A stretch of 25,473 nt of DNA from positions 1-25,473 of the forward strand of contig JAYTHY010000099.1 in assembly GCA_043732185.1 (NCBI GenBank). The letters run 5' to 3'. Origin of the DNA: Fibrobacteria bacterium (GTDB lineage: Bacteria; Fibrobacterota; Fibrobacteria; UBA11236). The notes beneath the pieces are model-generated. The model was not told the DNA's origin, did not search any database, and worked only from the letters and a program-made list of their open reading frames with translations. Positions 16,041 through 25,324 of this stretch are shown one piece after another. Each line of letters begins with the position of its first letter. Position 1 is the stretch's first letter. The translations under genes and the position numbers were made by a program.

Positions 16041-16715
16041 ATGACCGAGGATAAAAACCCAGAATCAAATCTCAAGCCGATTCCCGTCCCGGAACCGCCC
16101 CCTACCGCCAAGAAGACTCCCGCGCCTAAGCCTCCTGCTAAGCCGGCGGCCACGAGTGGCGCGAACAAGGCCTCCGAAATCAAAAAACCGATTTTGAAGG
16201 AAGAGGATCTTTACCCTTCCGATGAAGAAGAAGAAGACGAGGACATGGATGAGGATTCTCCCGAGTTGTTTGGAGATGAACCCGGTGCCGATGTAGAACT
16301 CGACACGCTCCCCGATGCCATTCTAGGCGCGACGGATACGTCGGAGCGCATTATTTTGGTTGTGGACGAAGATGGGCAAAGACGCAATGAAACCGTTGCC
16401 ATCATCACTCAGATTCTGCCCAATGCTGTGATTGAAGTTGCCGATGATCCGGAAGAAGCTTTGGCCATGATGGATGAAGGAGATTTCGACACGTTCGTGG
16501 TCAACTTCTTGATGCCCGGCTACTCCAGCTCTGCATTTGTAAAAGCCGTTGCCAACCATCCTGAACATCCTCTGCTAATCGGCTTTGCAGCAGATAAAAT
16601 GTCCGATGCCGTAGACCCCAAAAAGGGTCTTAAAATTATTCCGCTTAAAAGGCTTTTTGATCTCGATACGAGCACGAGCGCCGAACCTCCCGATGCATTG
16701 GCACCCGAGGACTAA
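16041..16715 (+). CDS. Hypothetical protein with a Pro/Lys-rich and acidic N-terminus and an atypical (pseudo-)receiver domain
   Basis: ILVVDED...VADDPEEAL...FDTFVVNFLMPG resembles a CheY-like fold with Asn at the phosphoacceptor position. ATG 16041 has AGGA upstream. Confidence 0.7.
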   Translation: MTEDKNPESNLKPIPVPEPPPTAKKTPAPKPPAKPAATSGANKASEIKKPILKEEDLYPSDEEEEDEDMDEDSPELFGDEPGADVELDTLPDAILGATDTSERIILVVDEDGQRRNETVAIITQILPNAVIEVADDPEEALAMMDEGDFDTFVVNFLMPGYSSSAFVKAVANHPEHPLLIGFAADKMSDAVDPKKGLKIIPLKRLFDLDTSTSAEPPDALAPED

Positions 16716-16731
16716 GCTAAGCTAGGCTAAT

Positions 16732-18078
16732 TCAGGGTTGGGTCAGCTTGGCCAACTCCGCATTGCCAATGATTGCACCCCGAATCAGACTGTACACTTT
16801 TAAGTCGTACGGACTGGCATCCCGGGCGGCTTGCAAATGACCTTGCGCGCGAGTCTTATCCCCAGCTTGCAATGCTAATTTTGCCTTAAGCAAGTGGGCC
16901 TCTGCTTTGCGATGTTCATTCAATAGCAAATAATCCAGCATGCGGTCACAGGCAAAATATTTACCAGTCACAAAATCCAGCTGCGCCTCTTCCCAACTTG
17001 CTTCCAGAACCATTTTGCCACAGGATTGACGTTTTAACCGTTCCAAGGATTTTTGGGCAATGGTGAAGCTACTGAGTTTACGCGCCAGGCGGGTCTCCAG
17101 CAATAGGTTTCCAGGATTGCCGGGATTTCTTTTATTTGCAAACGCGACCACGCGGTGAGCCTTCTCTGGTTTGGCTGCATCCACGTAATATTCCATCAAT
17201 CGAGACATTAATTCATAGGCCGTACTAAAACGGTGGACGCCTTCCAGCCAAGTTTTCTCTGCAGCTTCCCAATGTCTACCGAGAAACTGGGCTTGCCCCA
17301 ATTGCAAGTACACATCCGGATCATCGGACTGGGAATCGTTGCCCAGGGATAGCATCTCTGCAGCTTGTTCATAGCTGTCATTGCCCAGTAAACTCAGTCC
17401 TAGGACTCGTGCAAAATTGAAATTCAGCGGTTCCGAACGATAAGCACTTTCTGCAAACACGACGGCTTCCTTGAACTTTCCATAATGGACTAAACAGCGT
17501 GCATACGCATTGTCTAGATCCCCTTTACCAAAACTCTGGGTACCCTGGGCCTTAAGAATCAAGTTGAGGTGAAAATAGGCTCGATCGATTCTTCCCATGT
17601 CTACGTATACACTCGCAAGTTTGCCCCGAAGGTCCTCTTGCTCAGGCATAAGAACCAAAGCGCGTTCTAAATAGGCCGTGCCTTTCAGTGGCCGTCCAGC
17701 GGAAAGGTAAAACTGTCCCAAAAGCCCATTGATGTCTTCATCGTTTGGATCGTGCGATAAGGCCTGGAGCAAGGCCACCTCTCCCTCTTTCCACTTACCG
17801 GCCATCGAGTAGCAAGAACCAATTAGGGCCAGCAGAGAAGGGTCCGTGGGCATAATTAGGCGAAGTTTTTCAAACTCCTGGGCCGCCGCCCCATATTCTT
17901 GAATTTGAAAGAGATAGTATCCCAAATCCCAGCGTGCATTTTGGTCGATTTTTTCGGCGTTTTCCACAGAGGATACGCTACCGATGGGAATTTCATTTCC
18001 AGCCCAAGCGGGTAACGTTGCCAACGTCGATAGCAGCAAATAACCGGCTAAAACTCTAACTAGATGGGAAGACCGCAT
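16732..18078 (-). CDS. Secreted/periplasmic tetratricopeptide-repeat protein
   Basis: Signal peptide ending PAWA-G; repeated LG..Y..G...A...AL...P patterns along the chain. Start is ATG 18078 or TTG 18087. Confidence 0.8.
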   Translation of the reverse strand: MRSSHLVRVLAGYLLLSTLATLPAWAGNEIPIGSVSSVENAEKIDQNARWDLGYYLFQIQEYGAAAQEFEKLRLIMPTDPSLLALIGSCYSMAGKWKEGEVALLQALSHDPNDEDINGLLGQFYLSAGRPLKGTAYLERALVLMPEQEDLRGKLASVYVDMGRIDRAYFHLNLILKAQGTQSFGKGDLDNAYARCLVHYGKFKEAVVFAESAYRSEPLNFNFARVLGLSLLGNDSYEQAAEMLSLGNDSQSDDPDVYLQLGQAQFLGRHWEAAEKTWLEGVHRFSTAYELMSRLMEYYVDAAKPEKAHRVVAFANKRNPGNPGNLLLETRLARKLSSFTIAQKSLERLKRQSCGKMVLEASWEEAQLDFVTGKYFACDRMLDYLLLNEHRKAEAHLLKAKLALQAGDKTRAQGHLQAARDASPYDLKVYSLIRGAIIGNAELAKLTQP

Positions 18079-18200
18079 ATAGAACAATTCTAAAGGTCGG
18101 CATAAAAATCTGTCGAGAGCTAATTCACTTTTCTAATCGGTTAAGACCGGTGGTTTATAAGTTTACATATCTCCTTATTTATATATGACTTATGGCTATT

Positions 18201-18216
18201 GAATAAATATTTATTC
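18201..18216. promoter_or_regulatory. Perfect 16-bp palindrome, candidate operator upstream of the TPR gene
   Basis: GAATAAATATTTATTC is its own reverse complement, but it lies in AT-rich sequence. Confidence 0.4.
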
Positions 18217-18438
18217 TGACAATATGGCTAAGGAAAAGTGGGATGGCTGAATAGGGAAGGAATGTCTCGGCTAGCCCAGATCTGAATGAGCCAGGACATC
18301 CTTTAAGTCATTGATTTCAATAGATATATATGTACATCGTGGTGGATTTCACGACAGAAATAATTCAGGCTACCCGAAGGGCAGATACAGTGTTTACTCC
18401 ACACTGAGCCCTAGGAATTATAGAGAAAAGACGTGATT

Positions 18439-20289
18439 TTAAATGTTTGGGCTCGATGTCCCTTGGGACTGCAAGGCATTTCCAAAGCGAGATTCTGCCG
18501 TTTTCCAGAGTTCTTGCAAGCGATTTCCCTGGGTACCGAGCGCGAGCCGCAAGGATTCCAAGTTTTCACCTGGATAGGGCCGGAGATTCACGAAACTTTG
18601 ATAGTACTGAAGTCCATTCATAAGGTTTTCGCGCACCAAAGCCAAATAAGCATGCGCCTTGGCATCACCCTCAACCAACTTGTCCACCATCTTTTGAAAG
18701 TAATCCACGGACATCACCAAATCCTTGGTGAACATATGCGGTCGGTCCGCGGGAACCAGGGAGCGACCTCGACCATAAATATGGTTTACCATTTCTCGGA
18801 GTGTATAAAGCCTGTCGAAGTAAGCGATATTGGGACCAGGACAAACGGAAACTGGCATGCTTGCAGAGATGACACCGAGATTGATCAAAGCCCCATTGCC
18901 GAGCTGATCGCAAATGCATGACTTCTGGTAGACTTGTTGAATTTTCTGATCAGTGGTGTTCGAAGGAGGGACTTTTTCTACGCCCATGTCCTTTAACTTG
19001 ATGCCTTGATATTCCTTGGAAGCGGTGCATATGGGCTTTTCCGTGAACTCGGTATTGGAGACCAGAAAACCTTTTGGGCAGGGTGAACCCGGCTTTCCGT
19101 TGTCGATTTGCTTTTTGGTCCATTGTTCGGAACTGGAATTGCGCAGATTGTTGAATACCACTCCAAGAGGGGAAACATCGCTGAGATACAAATCCTCTTC
19201 CTTGGCATCGGCAAGTGCTTGGCGGGTTGCAGCATCCAGTGCCGTGGCCTCGGGCACGAGTAGAAAGGGGCTGGCCCATCCGGTGGCGTCGATACCGTAC
19301 CCTTCCATAAGTCGCTGCACTTCGCCGTAAATTCCAATGCCGCCTTGGGCGGTAACCGGAATGTTTCGATTGCGACTGGCCAGAGGATAAACCTTTCCCT
19401 TTTTTTCGTAATAGGAAACGATCATGGGTTCAAACAGCTCGGCAAACTTGTCGCGGTTGTCTTTGAACTCTTGCAGGATAGGTCCCATCAAATAGCCATC
19501 AGACGCAAAAGCATGTCCGCCGCAGTTGAGACCAGACTCAATGCGAAATTCCCGAACTTCAATTCCTTTTCGGGCGATAAACTTGCCTTGAATCATGCTG
19601 GAGCGATAATCTGAGACCTTGAGAATAACGCCCTTTTTAGCTTCCGCCTCCCCTACCCGGTAAAAATCCGGGAAGTTTTCCATATAGCCGTAGAGGGTAG
19701 GATTAATGCCGGCTGAATACACGATGTTGCCGTTTACTTTGGAATTGGCAAAGCCGCGTAGGGCGGATTTGGCATCCGCATGTTCCATACTCATGGCGTG
19801 GCCATCGCGATCATAGGTGATGCGGTCGAGCTTGGTCATGATATTGCAATTGATTTTGCCGGGTAGAATCAAGTTGTTGAGTTCGTTTTCCAGCTGTCTT
19901 TTTTCCGAACCATCCATCATTTTCAGATAAGACTGATAGAGTTTTCGGACGGGTGAGGATTCCGGCAAAAGCTCGAAATACTTGATTTTATCGTTCCCGG
20001 ACTCGAATGGCTGGGCGCGAATTTCGGCAATTTGCTTTTCCACCACATCGTGAACCAGGTCCAAATAGGCGGTAATCCGGCGAGCACGAGCATCGGGTTG
20101 TCCGGCCGAAATACTTTGATACTCCAAACCATAGACGCCTGTGTAGTACTTGCGAATCCGTTCAATCAGCAAATCGTCCACAATGGAGATGACGGAGGAT
20201 ATTCCGTATTTGGCGATTCTCAGGGGGGAATCAATGGTAAAACCAGTCCCCATTACGGGAATATGGAAAGAATGGTGGGTTTTATACAT
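18439..20289 (-). CDS. Conserved hypothetical protein; putative FMN TIM-barrel oxidoreductase (nitronate monooxygenase/FabK/FabX-like) with a Cys cluster
   Basis: 616 aa; IPVMG, SAGINP, IESGLNCGGH, IPVTAQGGI, DATGWASPFL..PEA, SPLG, CPKG/CTAS/CICDQL and CPGPN. The ORF is secure; the function is inferred. Confidence 0.65.
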   Translation of the reverse strand: MYKTHHSFHIPVMGTGFTIDSPLRIAKYGISSVISIVDDLLIERIRKYYTGVYGLEYQSISAGQPDARARRITAYLDLVHDVVEKQIAEIRAQPFESGNDKIKYFELLPESSPVRKLYQSYLKMMDGSEKRQLENELNNLILPGKINCNIMTKLDRITYDRDGHAMSMEHADAKSALRGFANSKVNGNIVYSAGINPTLYGYMENFPDFYRVGEAEAKKGVILKVSDYRSSMIQGKFIARKGIEVREFRIESGLNCGGHAFASDGYLMGPILQEFKDNRDKFAELFEPMIVSYYEKKGKVYPLASRNRNIPVTAQGGIGIYGEVQRLMEGYGIDATGWASPFLLVPEATALDAATRQALADAKEEDLYLSDVSPLGVVFNNLRNSSSEQWTKKQIDNGKPGSPCPKGFLVSNTEFTEKPICTASKEYQGIKLKDMGVEKVPPSNTTDQKIQQVYQKSCICDQLGNGALINLGVISASMPVSVCPGPNIAYFDRLYTLREMVNHIYGRGRSLVPADRPHMFTKDLVMSVDYFQKMVDKLVEGDAKAHAYLALVRENLMNGLQYYQSFVNLRPYPGENLESLRLALGTQGNRLQELWKTAESRFGNALQSQGTSSPNI

Positions 20290-20381
20290 GCTTACCCTAA
20301 CAAAAGTGTGGAATATAGTTTATCAATAAAATTGGCTAGTGCTCTTTCAAAACATGTAAAATGATGTCAGATTGCGGTTTT

Positions 20382-21956
20382 TTAGGCTTCTGTATGGAAT
20401 TTGGCAAACCCGATTTTGGGAAAATTTTTCTCCATCAGCCCCATTCTATAGGAATTAGGACATAGGTACACCAGATTGCCACCTTTGTCCAAAGCCAAGT
20501 CATGGGTGTTTTGGGATTTGAAAGCCTGAATTTCAACCGCGTCACCGGTTACCCAACGCGCCATAGCCACTGGAGCCGCTTCCAGGCGGCATCGGGCATT
20601 ATACTCCTCCTCAAGCCTGAACTTAATCACATCAAATTGCAACACACCCACCACACCAAGGACGGGAATGGGGCTGGCCAAGGGATGAAAAAGCTGGGTT
20701 GCGCCTTCTTCAGAAAGCTGTTTGAGGCCTTGACTTAGCTGCTTACTCTTCAAGGGATCTTCGAGGTAAACGCGCGAGAAATGCTCCGGCGCAAAATCCG
20801 GTATGCCTATGAATTTCAGATTTTCGATTTCCGACAGCGTGTCGCTGATATTGTACAGGCCAGGATCGTGGATACCGATGATATCCCCGGCAAAGGCCTC
20901 CTCTATAACGGTTTTATCATTGGCTAGAAAAGTGGATGGTGCAGCCAGACGCACCTGACGGCCACTGCGACAATGGAGCACTTTCGCCCCCCGCACGAAC
21001 TTTCCGGAACACACCCGCATAAATGCGATTCGGTCTCGATGTTTGGGATCCGTATTGGCCTGGATTTTAAAGACAAAACCGGTAAATGCCGGTTCCGTGG
21101 CCACAACCGTGCGCTGCTCCGCTTCCCGTGGCATGGGCGAAGGCGCATAGGCTACAAAGCTGTCCAATAGATGCTTGACCCCAAAGTTGTTGATGCCGGA
21201 TCCGAAATAAACCGGCGACAGCTCACCGCGCAGATATTTCTCATGGTTAAAGGGTTCCATGGCTCCATGCACCAATTCAGCCTGTTCGCGGAACTCGGCC
21301 AAATACCTGGGATGAAACCATTCATCCAGGCGACTGTCGTGTAGCCCATCGACCTTGCGCATCTCCCCTTCTTGGGAATCCGGATTAAACAGATGCACGG
21401 TATCATTGCCAAAGGCATACACACCTTGGAAAAACTTGCCATTGCCAATGGGCATGGTCATGGGCGAACATTTTAGGCCAAGAATGCGCTCCACTTCATC
21501 CATCAAGGCGATGGGCTCCCGCGCGTCCCGGTCCATTTTGTTGATGAAAACCGTCACAGGGCATTTGCGAAGGCTGCACACTTCCATCAACTTGATGGTT
21601 TGCGGCTCCACGCCTTTAGCCGCGTCCAAAAGCACAAGCACCGAGTCTACAGCGACCAGGGCTCGAAAGGTATCCTCGGAAAAGTCCTGATGCCCGGGAG
21701 TATCCACCAAATTGATCTGACAACCTTGATAGGGAAAGCTGAGAACCGAAGAAGAGACGGAAATACCGCGTTGCTGCTCGATCTTCATCCAATCCGAGGT
21801 GGTGAATTTTTTATTGGCTTTAGCCCGCACATGGCCGGCCTCGCGTATGACTTTTCCGTACCAAAGGAATTTTTCGGTGATGGTGGTTTTGCCGGCATCA
21901 GGATGGCTGACAATGGCAAAAGTCCGGCGCTTCAGGATTTCGTCGTTTGTGGTCAC
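20382..21956 (-). CDS. prfC: Peptide chain release factor 3
   Basis: RRTFAIVSHPDAGKTTITEK, SDWM.IEQQRGISV, DTPGHQDFSEDT, NKMD, FKIQANTDPKHRDR and LSEEGA. GTG start. Confidence 0.98.
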   Translation of the reverse strand: MTTNDEILKRRTFAIVSHPDAGKTTITEKFLWYGKVIREAGHVRAKANKKFTTSDWMKIEQQRGISVSSSVLSFPYQGCQINLVDTPGHQDFSEDTFRALVAVDSVLVLLDAAKGVEPQTIKLMEVCSLRKCPVTVFINKMDRDAREPIALMDEVERILGLKCSPMTMPIGNGKFFQGVYAFGNDTVHLFNPDSQEGEMRKVDGLHDSRLDEWFHPRYLAEFREQAELVHGAMEPFNHEKYLRGELSPVYFGSGINNFGVKHLLDSFVAYAPSPMPREAEQRTVVATEPAFTGFVFKIQANTDPKHRDRIAFMRVCSGKFVRGAKVLHCRSGRQVRLAAPSTFLANDKTVIEEAFAGDIIGIHDPGLYNISDTLSEIENLKFIGIPDFAPEHFSRVYLEDPLKSKQLSQGLKQLSEEGATQLFHPLASPIPVLGVVGVLQFDVIKFRLEEEYNARCRLEAAPVAMARWVTGDAVEIQAFKSQNTHDLALDKGGNLVYLCPNSYRMGLMEKNFPKIGFAKFHTEA

Positions 21957-22066
21957 GTGTATTCCGGCCTAGGGGATGAGGAAAACAAAAATAGCAAGGA
22001 AAGACGCGGGGTGCGAGGCCACGGCTTTCTTTGGTCTTTATAAATTAGGAACAAATGGGAGTAGCA

Positions 22067-23833
22067 ATGGACAATCGACCCGCTTGGCTAGCCAAGGTTC
22101 CCCGGCCCAGTCCGGAATTTCCTCGCAATTTCATCGCCGCGGACGCGGACTTGTCCGGTTGGGAAGGCATCAAAACCTATCTGGACGAATTGGTATCCAG
22201 GCCGGTACCGGATAGGCACACCTTGATCCAATGGATCCAAGACTATGCCGAATTAGGCGATGCCGTCCATGAAGAAAGCGCCCGGCTTTATATCGCCATG
22301 ACCTGTTTTACCAATGACGAGGCAAAACAGAATGCCTATCTCAACTTTGTGGAAACAGTAGAGCCGGCCATGGCGCCGGTTATCGATGCCTTGAATCGAA
22401 AAATCGTGGCCCATCCGGATTGCGCAGGATTGCCTGCTGATGTATATGGGCAATGGCGAGACTCCTTAACAATCAGTATCGAGCTTTTTACGGAAGCCAA
22501 TATTCCCTTGCATACCGACATCACAAAGTTGGCTCAGGCCTATCAAAAGATTTGCGGAGATATGACGGTGCAATGGGAAGGTCAGACCAAAACCTTGAGC
22601 CAAATGTCCTCGATCCTTCAATCCGCGGACCGGTCGAAGCGGGAAAAGGCTTGGATGATAATGGCTGAGCGCCGACTCAAAGACCGGCAAAAGTTGGACG
22701 ATCTTTTCGACGAGCTGTTTGTCCTTCGCAATCAAACCGCACGCAATTTAGGCTTAAAGGATTATATCGACTACAGTTTCAAGGCCAATCACCGCACGGA
22801 TTATGGGACAAAAGATTGCATCGATTTCCATACCAGTATTGAGAAGGCCGTGGTACCCGTTTACCGGAAAGCCCTCGACTATCGAAAAGAAAAATTGAAT
22901 GTGGACAGCCTTAGGCCGTGGGATATGCAATGTGATCCCTTGGGCCGCCCGCCCTTGCAACCCTTTAAAGAATCAAGTCGATTGATCGAAGGTGTCGATA
23001 AAATATTTGCGCAAATGGATCCGGAACTGCACGGATTTTATCGGATGATGACAGATAAAAGTTTGATGGACTTGGATAACCGGGTTGGCAAAGCCCCGGG
23101 AGGGTATCAATGCAGCCTGGATGAAGTGCGACTGCCTTTTATATTCATGAATGCCGTCGGCCTCAATGAAGATGTCTTTACCCTGTTGCACGAAAGTGGC
23201 CATGCCTTTCACCTCTTATACACGCGGGGCATGTCGCTGGGATTCAACCGGGGCGCGCCGATGGAATTCAGCGAGGTCGCGTCCATGGCCATGGAACGGC
23301 TTGGCTCCCGCTACCTGGGTGAATTTTATGAACCGGAAGAGCATAAGCGCGCCTTGCAAATGGAAGATGAAGAAGTTTTCAGGCTGTTGCCATGGGTGGC
23401 CACGGTGGATGCATTCCAGCACTGGCTCTATGCAAATCCCGGGCACACACAATCCCAGCGAAGGGAAACATGGCTGGGCCTGGACCGGCGCTTCGGCCCC
23501 GATTTGGACTGGTCGGGCTTAGAAGATTTCCGGGCTACGGCATGGCATCGGCAATTGCATATTTTCGAGGTGCCTTTTTATTATATCGAATACGGCATTG
23601 CCCAGCTCGGAGCCTTGCAGGTTTGGTTGAAATCGTTACAGGATCAAAAATCAGCCTTGGCGGATTATAAACGCGGATTGCAATTGGGCGGGACGCTAGG
23701 CTTGCGCAGCCTTTTTCAAGGGGCAGGTTTGGCTTTCGATATGCGCGAGGAGGCCATCCGGCCTTTAGTCGAGAAAGTCAAAGAAGAATGGGAAACCTCG
23801 GTTGGAATTTCGCATGCAGTGGGGTCAAAATGA
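22067..23833 (+). CDS. M3-family oligoendopeptidase (PepF-like)
   Basis: LRPWD, RVGKAPGGY, PFIFMN, HESGHAFH (HExxH), EVASMAME, HIFEVPFYYIEY. Start ATG 22067 (GGAG RBS) or 22055. Confidence 0.93.
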   Translation: MDNRPAWLAKVPRPSPEFPRNFIAADADLSGWEGIKTYLDELVSRPVPDRHTLIQWIQDYAELGDAVHEESARLYIAMTCFTNDEAKQNAYLNFVETVEPAMAPVIDALNRKIVAHPDCAGLPADVYGQWRDSLTISIELFTEANIPLHTDITKLAQAYQKICGDMTVQWEGQTKTLSQMSSILQSADRSKREKAWMIMAERRLKDRQKLDDLFDELFVLRNQTARNLGLKDYIDYSFKANHRTDYGTKDCIDFHTSIEKAVVPVYRKALDYRKEKLNVDSLRPWDMQCDPLGRPPLQPFKESSRLIEGVDKIFAQMDPELHGFYRMMTDKSLMDLDNRVGKAPGGYQCSLDEVRLPFIFMNAVGLNEDVFTLLHESGHAFHLLYTRGMSLGFNRGAPMEFSEVASMAMERLGSRYLGEFYEPEEHKRALQMEDEEVFRLLPWVATVDAFQHWLYANPGHTQSQRRETWLGLDRRFGPDLDWSGLEDFRATAWHRQLHIFEVPFYYIEYGIAQLGALQVWLKSLQDQKSALADYKRGLQLGGTLGLRSLFQGAGLAFDMREEAIRPLVEKVKEEWETSVGISHAVGSK

Positions 23834-25284
23834 ACGAGAATTTATGGGGAATGGATGCAAAACGTAAAGCCGCTTTGGATCGCTACGCCGCGACAGCAGA
23901 AAAACACTTGGATGACTTGAAGCGGCTGACACGAATCCCCAGCGTCAGTTTCGATGGCTTTGATCCTGCCCATGTGGAGCGTTCCGCAGAGTGCACGATG
24001 GACATCCTGAAACAGGCCGGATTCGAAAATGTGCAAATCATGCGCATTCCAGGCACGCACCCCTACGTCTACGGGGATTGGCTGAAATGTAAGGGCGCTC
24101 CCACCGTCCTACTATATGCCCATCACGATGTACAGCCCGCCTTGCGGGAAGAACTGTGGAAAACACCCGTGTTTGAGCCGACGGAAGTCAATGGCCGAAT
24201 TTTTGCCCGAGGCATTGCCGACGACAAAGCCGGTGTGCTCATCCATGCCGCCAGTGTGGCTGCCTGGCTGGAGACCGCGGGGGAATTGCCCATCAATGTC
24301 AAGGTCATCATAGAAGGCGAAGAAGAAATCGGGTCCATCCATTTGGCAGAATTCTTGAAAACCTTCCGGGACCGACTGGGAGCGGACTGCGTCATCTTGA
24401 CCGATTGCAGTAATTTTGACACTGGGCTTCCCAGCCTTACCACCACCTTACGTGGTCTCATCAGCATGGAAATTACGGTGACCGCTTTAGATCATCCCTT
24501 ACATTCCGGCATGTGGGGTGGCCCTATTCCCGATCCCATTCAAGGCCTAGCCAAGATTCTCGCAAAGCTTACCGATGCATCCGGAAAAGTTGCCGTTCCT
24601 GGCCTGTGGGAAGATGTTCTGCCCGCCAGCCCGCAGGAATTGGAAGACATGCGCAAGCTCGGTTTGACGGACGCGATTTTTAGAGAACAGTCCGGCATTG
24701 GCGCAGATGTAAATCTTTTCGGAACCGATACGGAACTCTTGAATAAAATGTGGCGTGAGCCTTCCGTGGCGGTCAATTCTATTCAGAGCGGCGGCAAAAA
24801 AATTGCCGGGAACGTGATTATGGATTCGGCCTGGGCGAGAATCGGATTGCGACTGGTACCCAATATGGATCATGTCAAAGCGACACGCATCCTCACGCAA
24901 TTTCTCAAGGATAACTGTCCGTGGGGACTGAAAGTGGATGTTACTCCTGAACAAGGAGCCAATCCTTGGATGACCACGCCCGATCATCCTGTATTTGCAG
25001 TAGCCAAAAAATCTTTGGGGCTCGGGTACGGGCGCGAGGCGGTTTTCATCGGTTGCGGCGGCACTATTCCTTTTGTGGACAGCTTTACCAAAGTCCTGGG
25101 GAATATTCCGGCCCTGTTGGTTGGCATCGAAGATCCGTATACCAATGCCCACTCCGAAAATGAATCGCTGGGAATAGCGGATTTCCATAAGTCCGTATGC
25201 AGTCAGATCCATTTCTTTGCCGATCTGGCCGAGTCCGTGGCTAAAAATCCGGGAATGTTCACACAAACACCGTCAGCCAAGTGA
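23830..25284 (+). CDS. M20/M25/M40 family metallopeptidase (dipeptidase-like)
   Basis: YAHHDVQP, ARGIADDK, EGEEEIGS, LHSGMWGG, GGTIPF and NAHSENE. The ATG overlaps the upstream stop (ATGA). Confidence 0.93.
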   Translation: MNENLWGMDAKRKAALDRYAATAEKHLDDLKRLTRIPSVSFDGFDPAHVERSAECTMDILKQAGFENVQIMRIPGTHPYVYGDWLKCKGAPTVLLYAHHDVQPALREELWKTPVFEPTEVNGRIFARGIADDKAGVLIHAASVAAWLETAGELPINVKVIIEGEEEIGSIHLAEFLKTFRDRLGADCVILTDCSNFDTGLPSLTTTLRGLISMEITVTALDHPLHSGMWGGPIPDPIQGLAKILAKLTDASGKVAVPGLWEDVLPASPQELEDMRKLGLTDAIFREQSGIGADVNLFGTDTELLNKMWREPSVAVNSIQSGGKKIAGNVIMDSAWARIGLRLVPNMDHVKATRILTQFLKDNCPWGLKVDVTPEQGANPWMTTPDHPVFAVAKKSLGLGYGREAVFIGCGGTIPFVDSFTKVLGNIPALLVGIEDPYTNAHSENESLGIADFHKSVCSQIHFFADLAESVAKNPGMFTQTPSAK

Positions 25285-25324
25285 GCGGTGATTTTCATGG
25301 ATGATAAGGCATTCAATCTCCAAA

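Noticed and set aside
16712..16731. Short CTAAG/CTAGG tandem between convergent genes
   Set aside because: Only about four imperfect 5-mers, with no terminator-like stem; not distinguishable from chance.
18163..18177. Start-stop mini-ORF (TAAGGAG-AT-ATG-TAA) on the minus strand
   Set aside because: The SD-to-ATG spacing of 2 nt is too short for efficient initiation; probably chance.
24547..25266. 239-aa antisense ORF and the other short overlapping ORFs in the track
   Set aside because: They lie opposite or inside well-supported genes and have no recognisable motifs, so they are treated as shadow ORFs.
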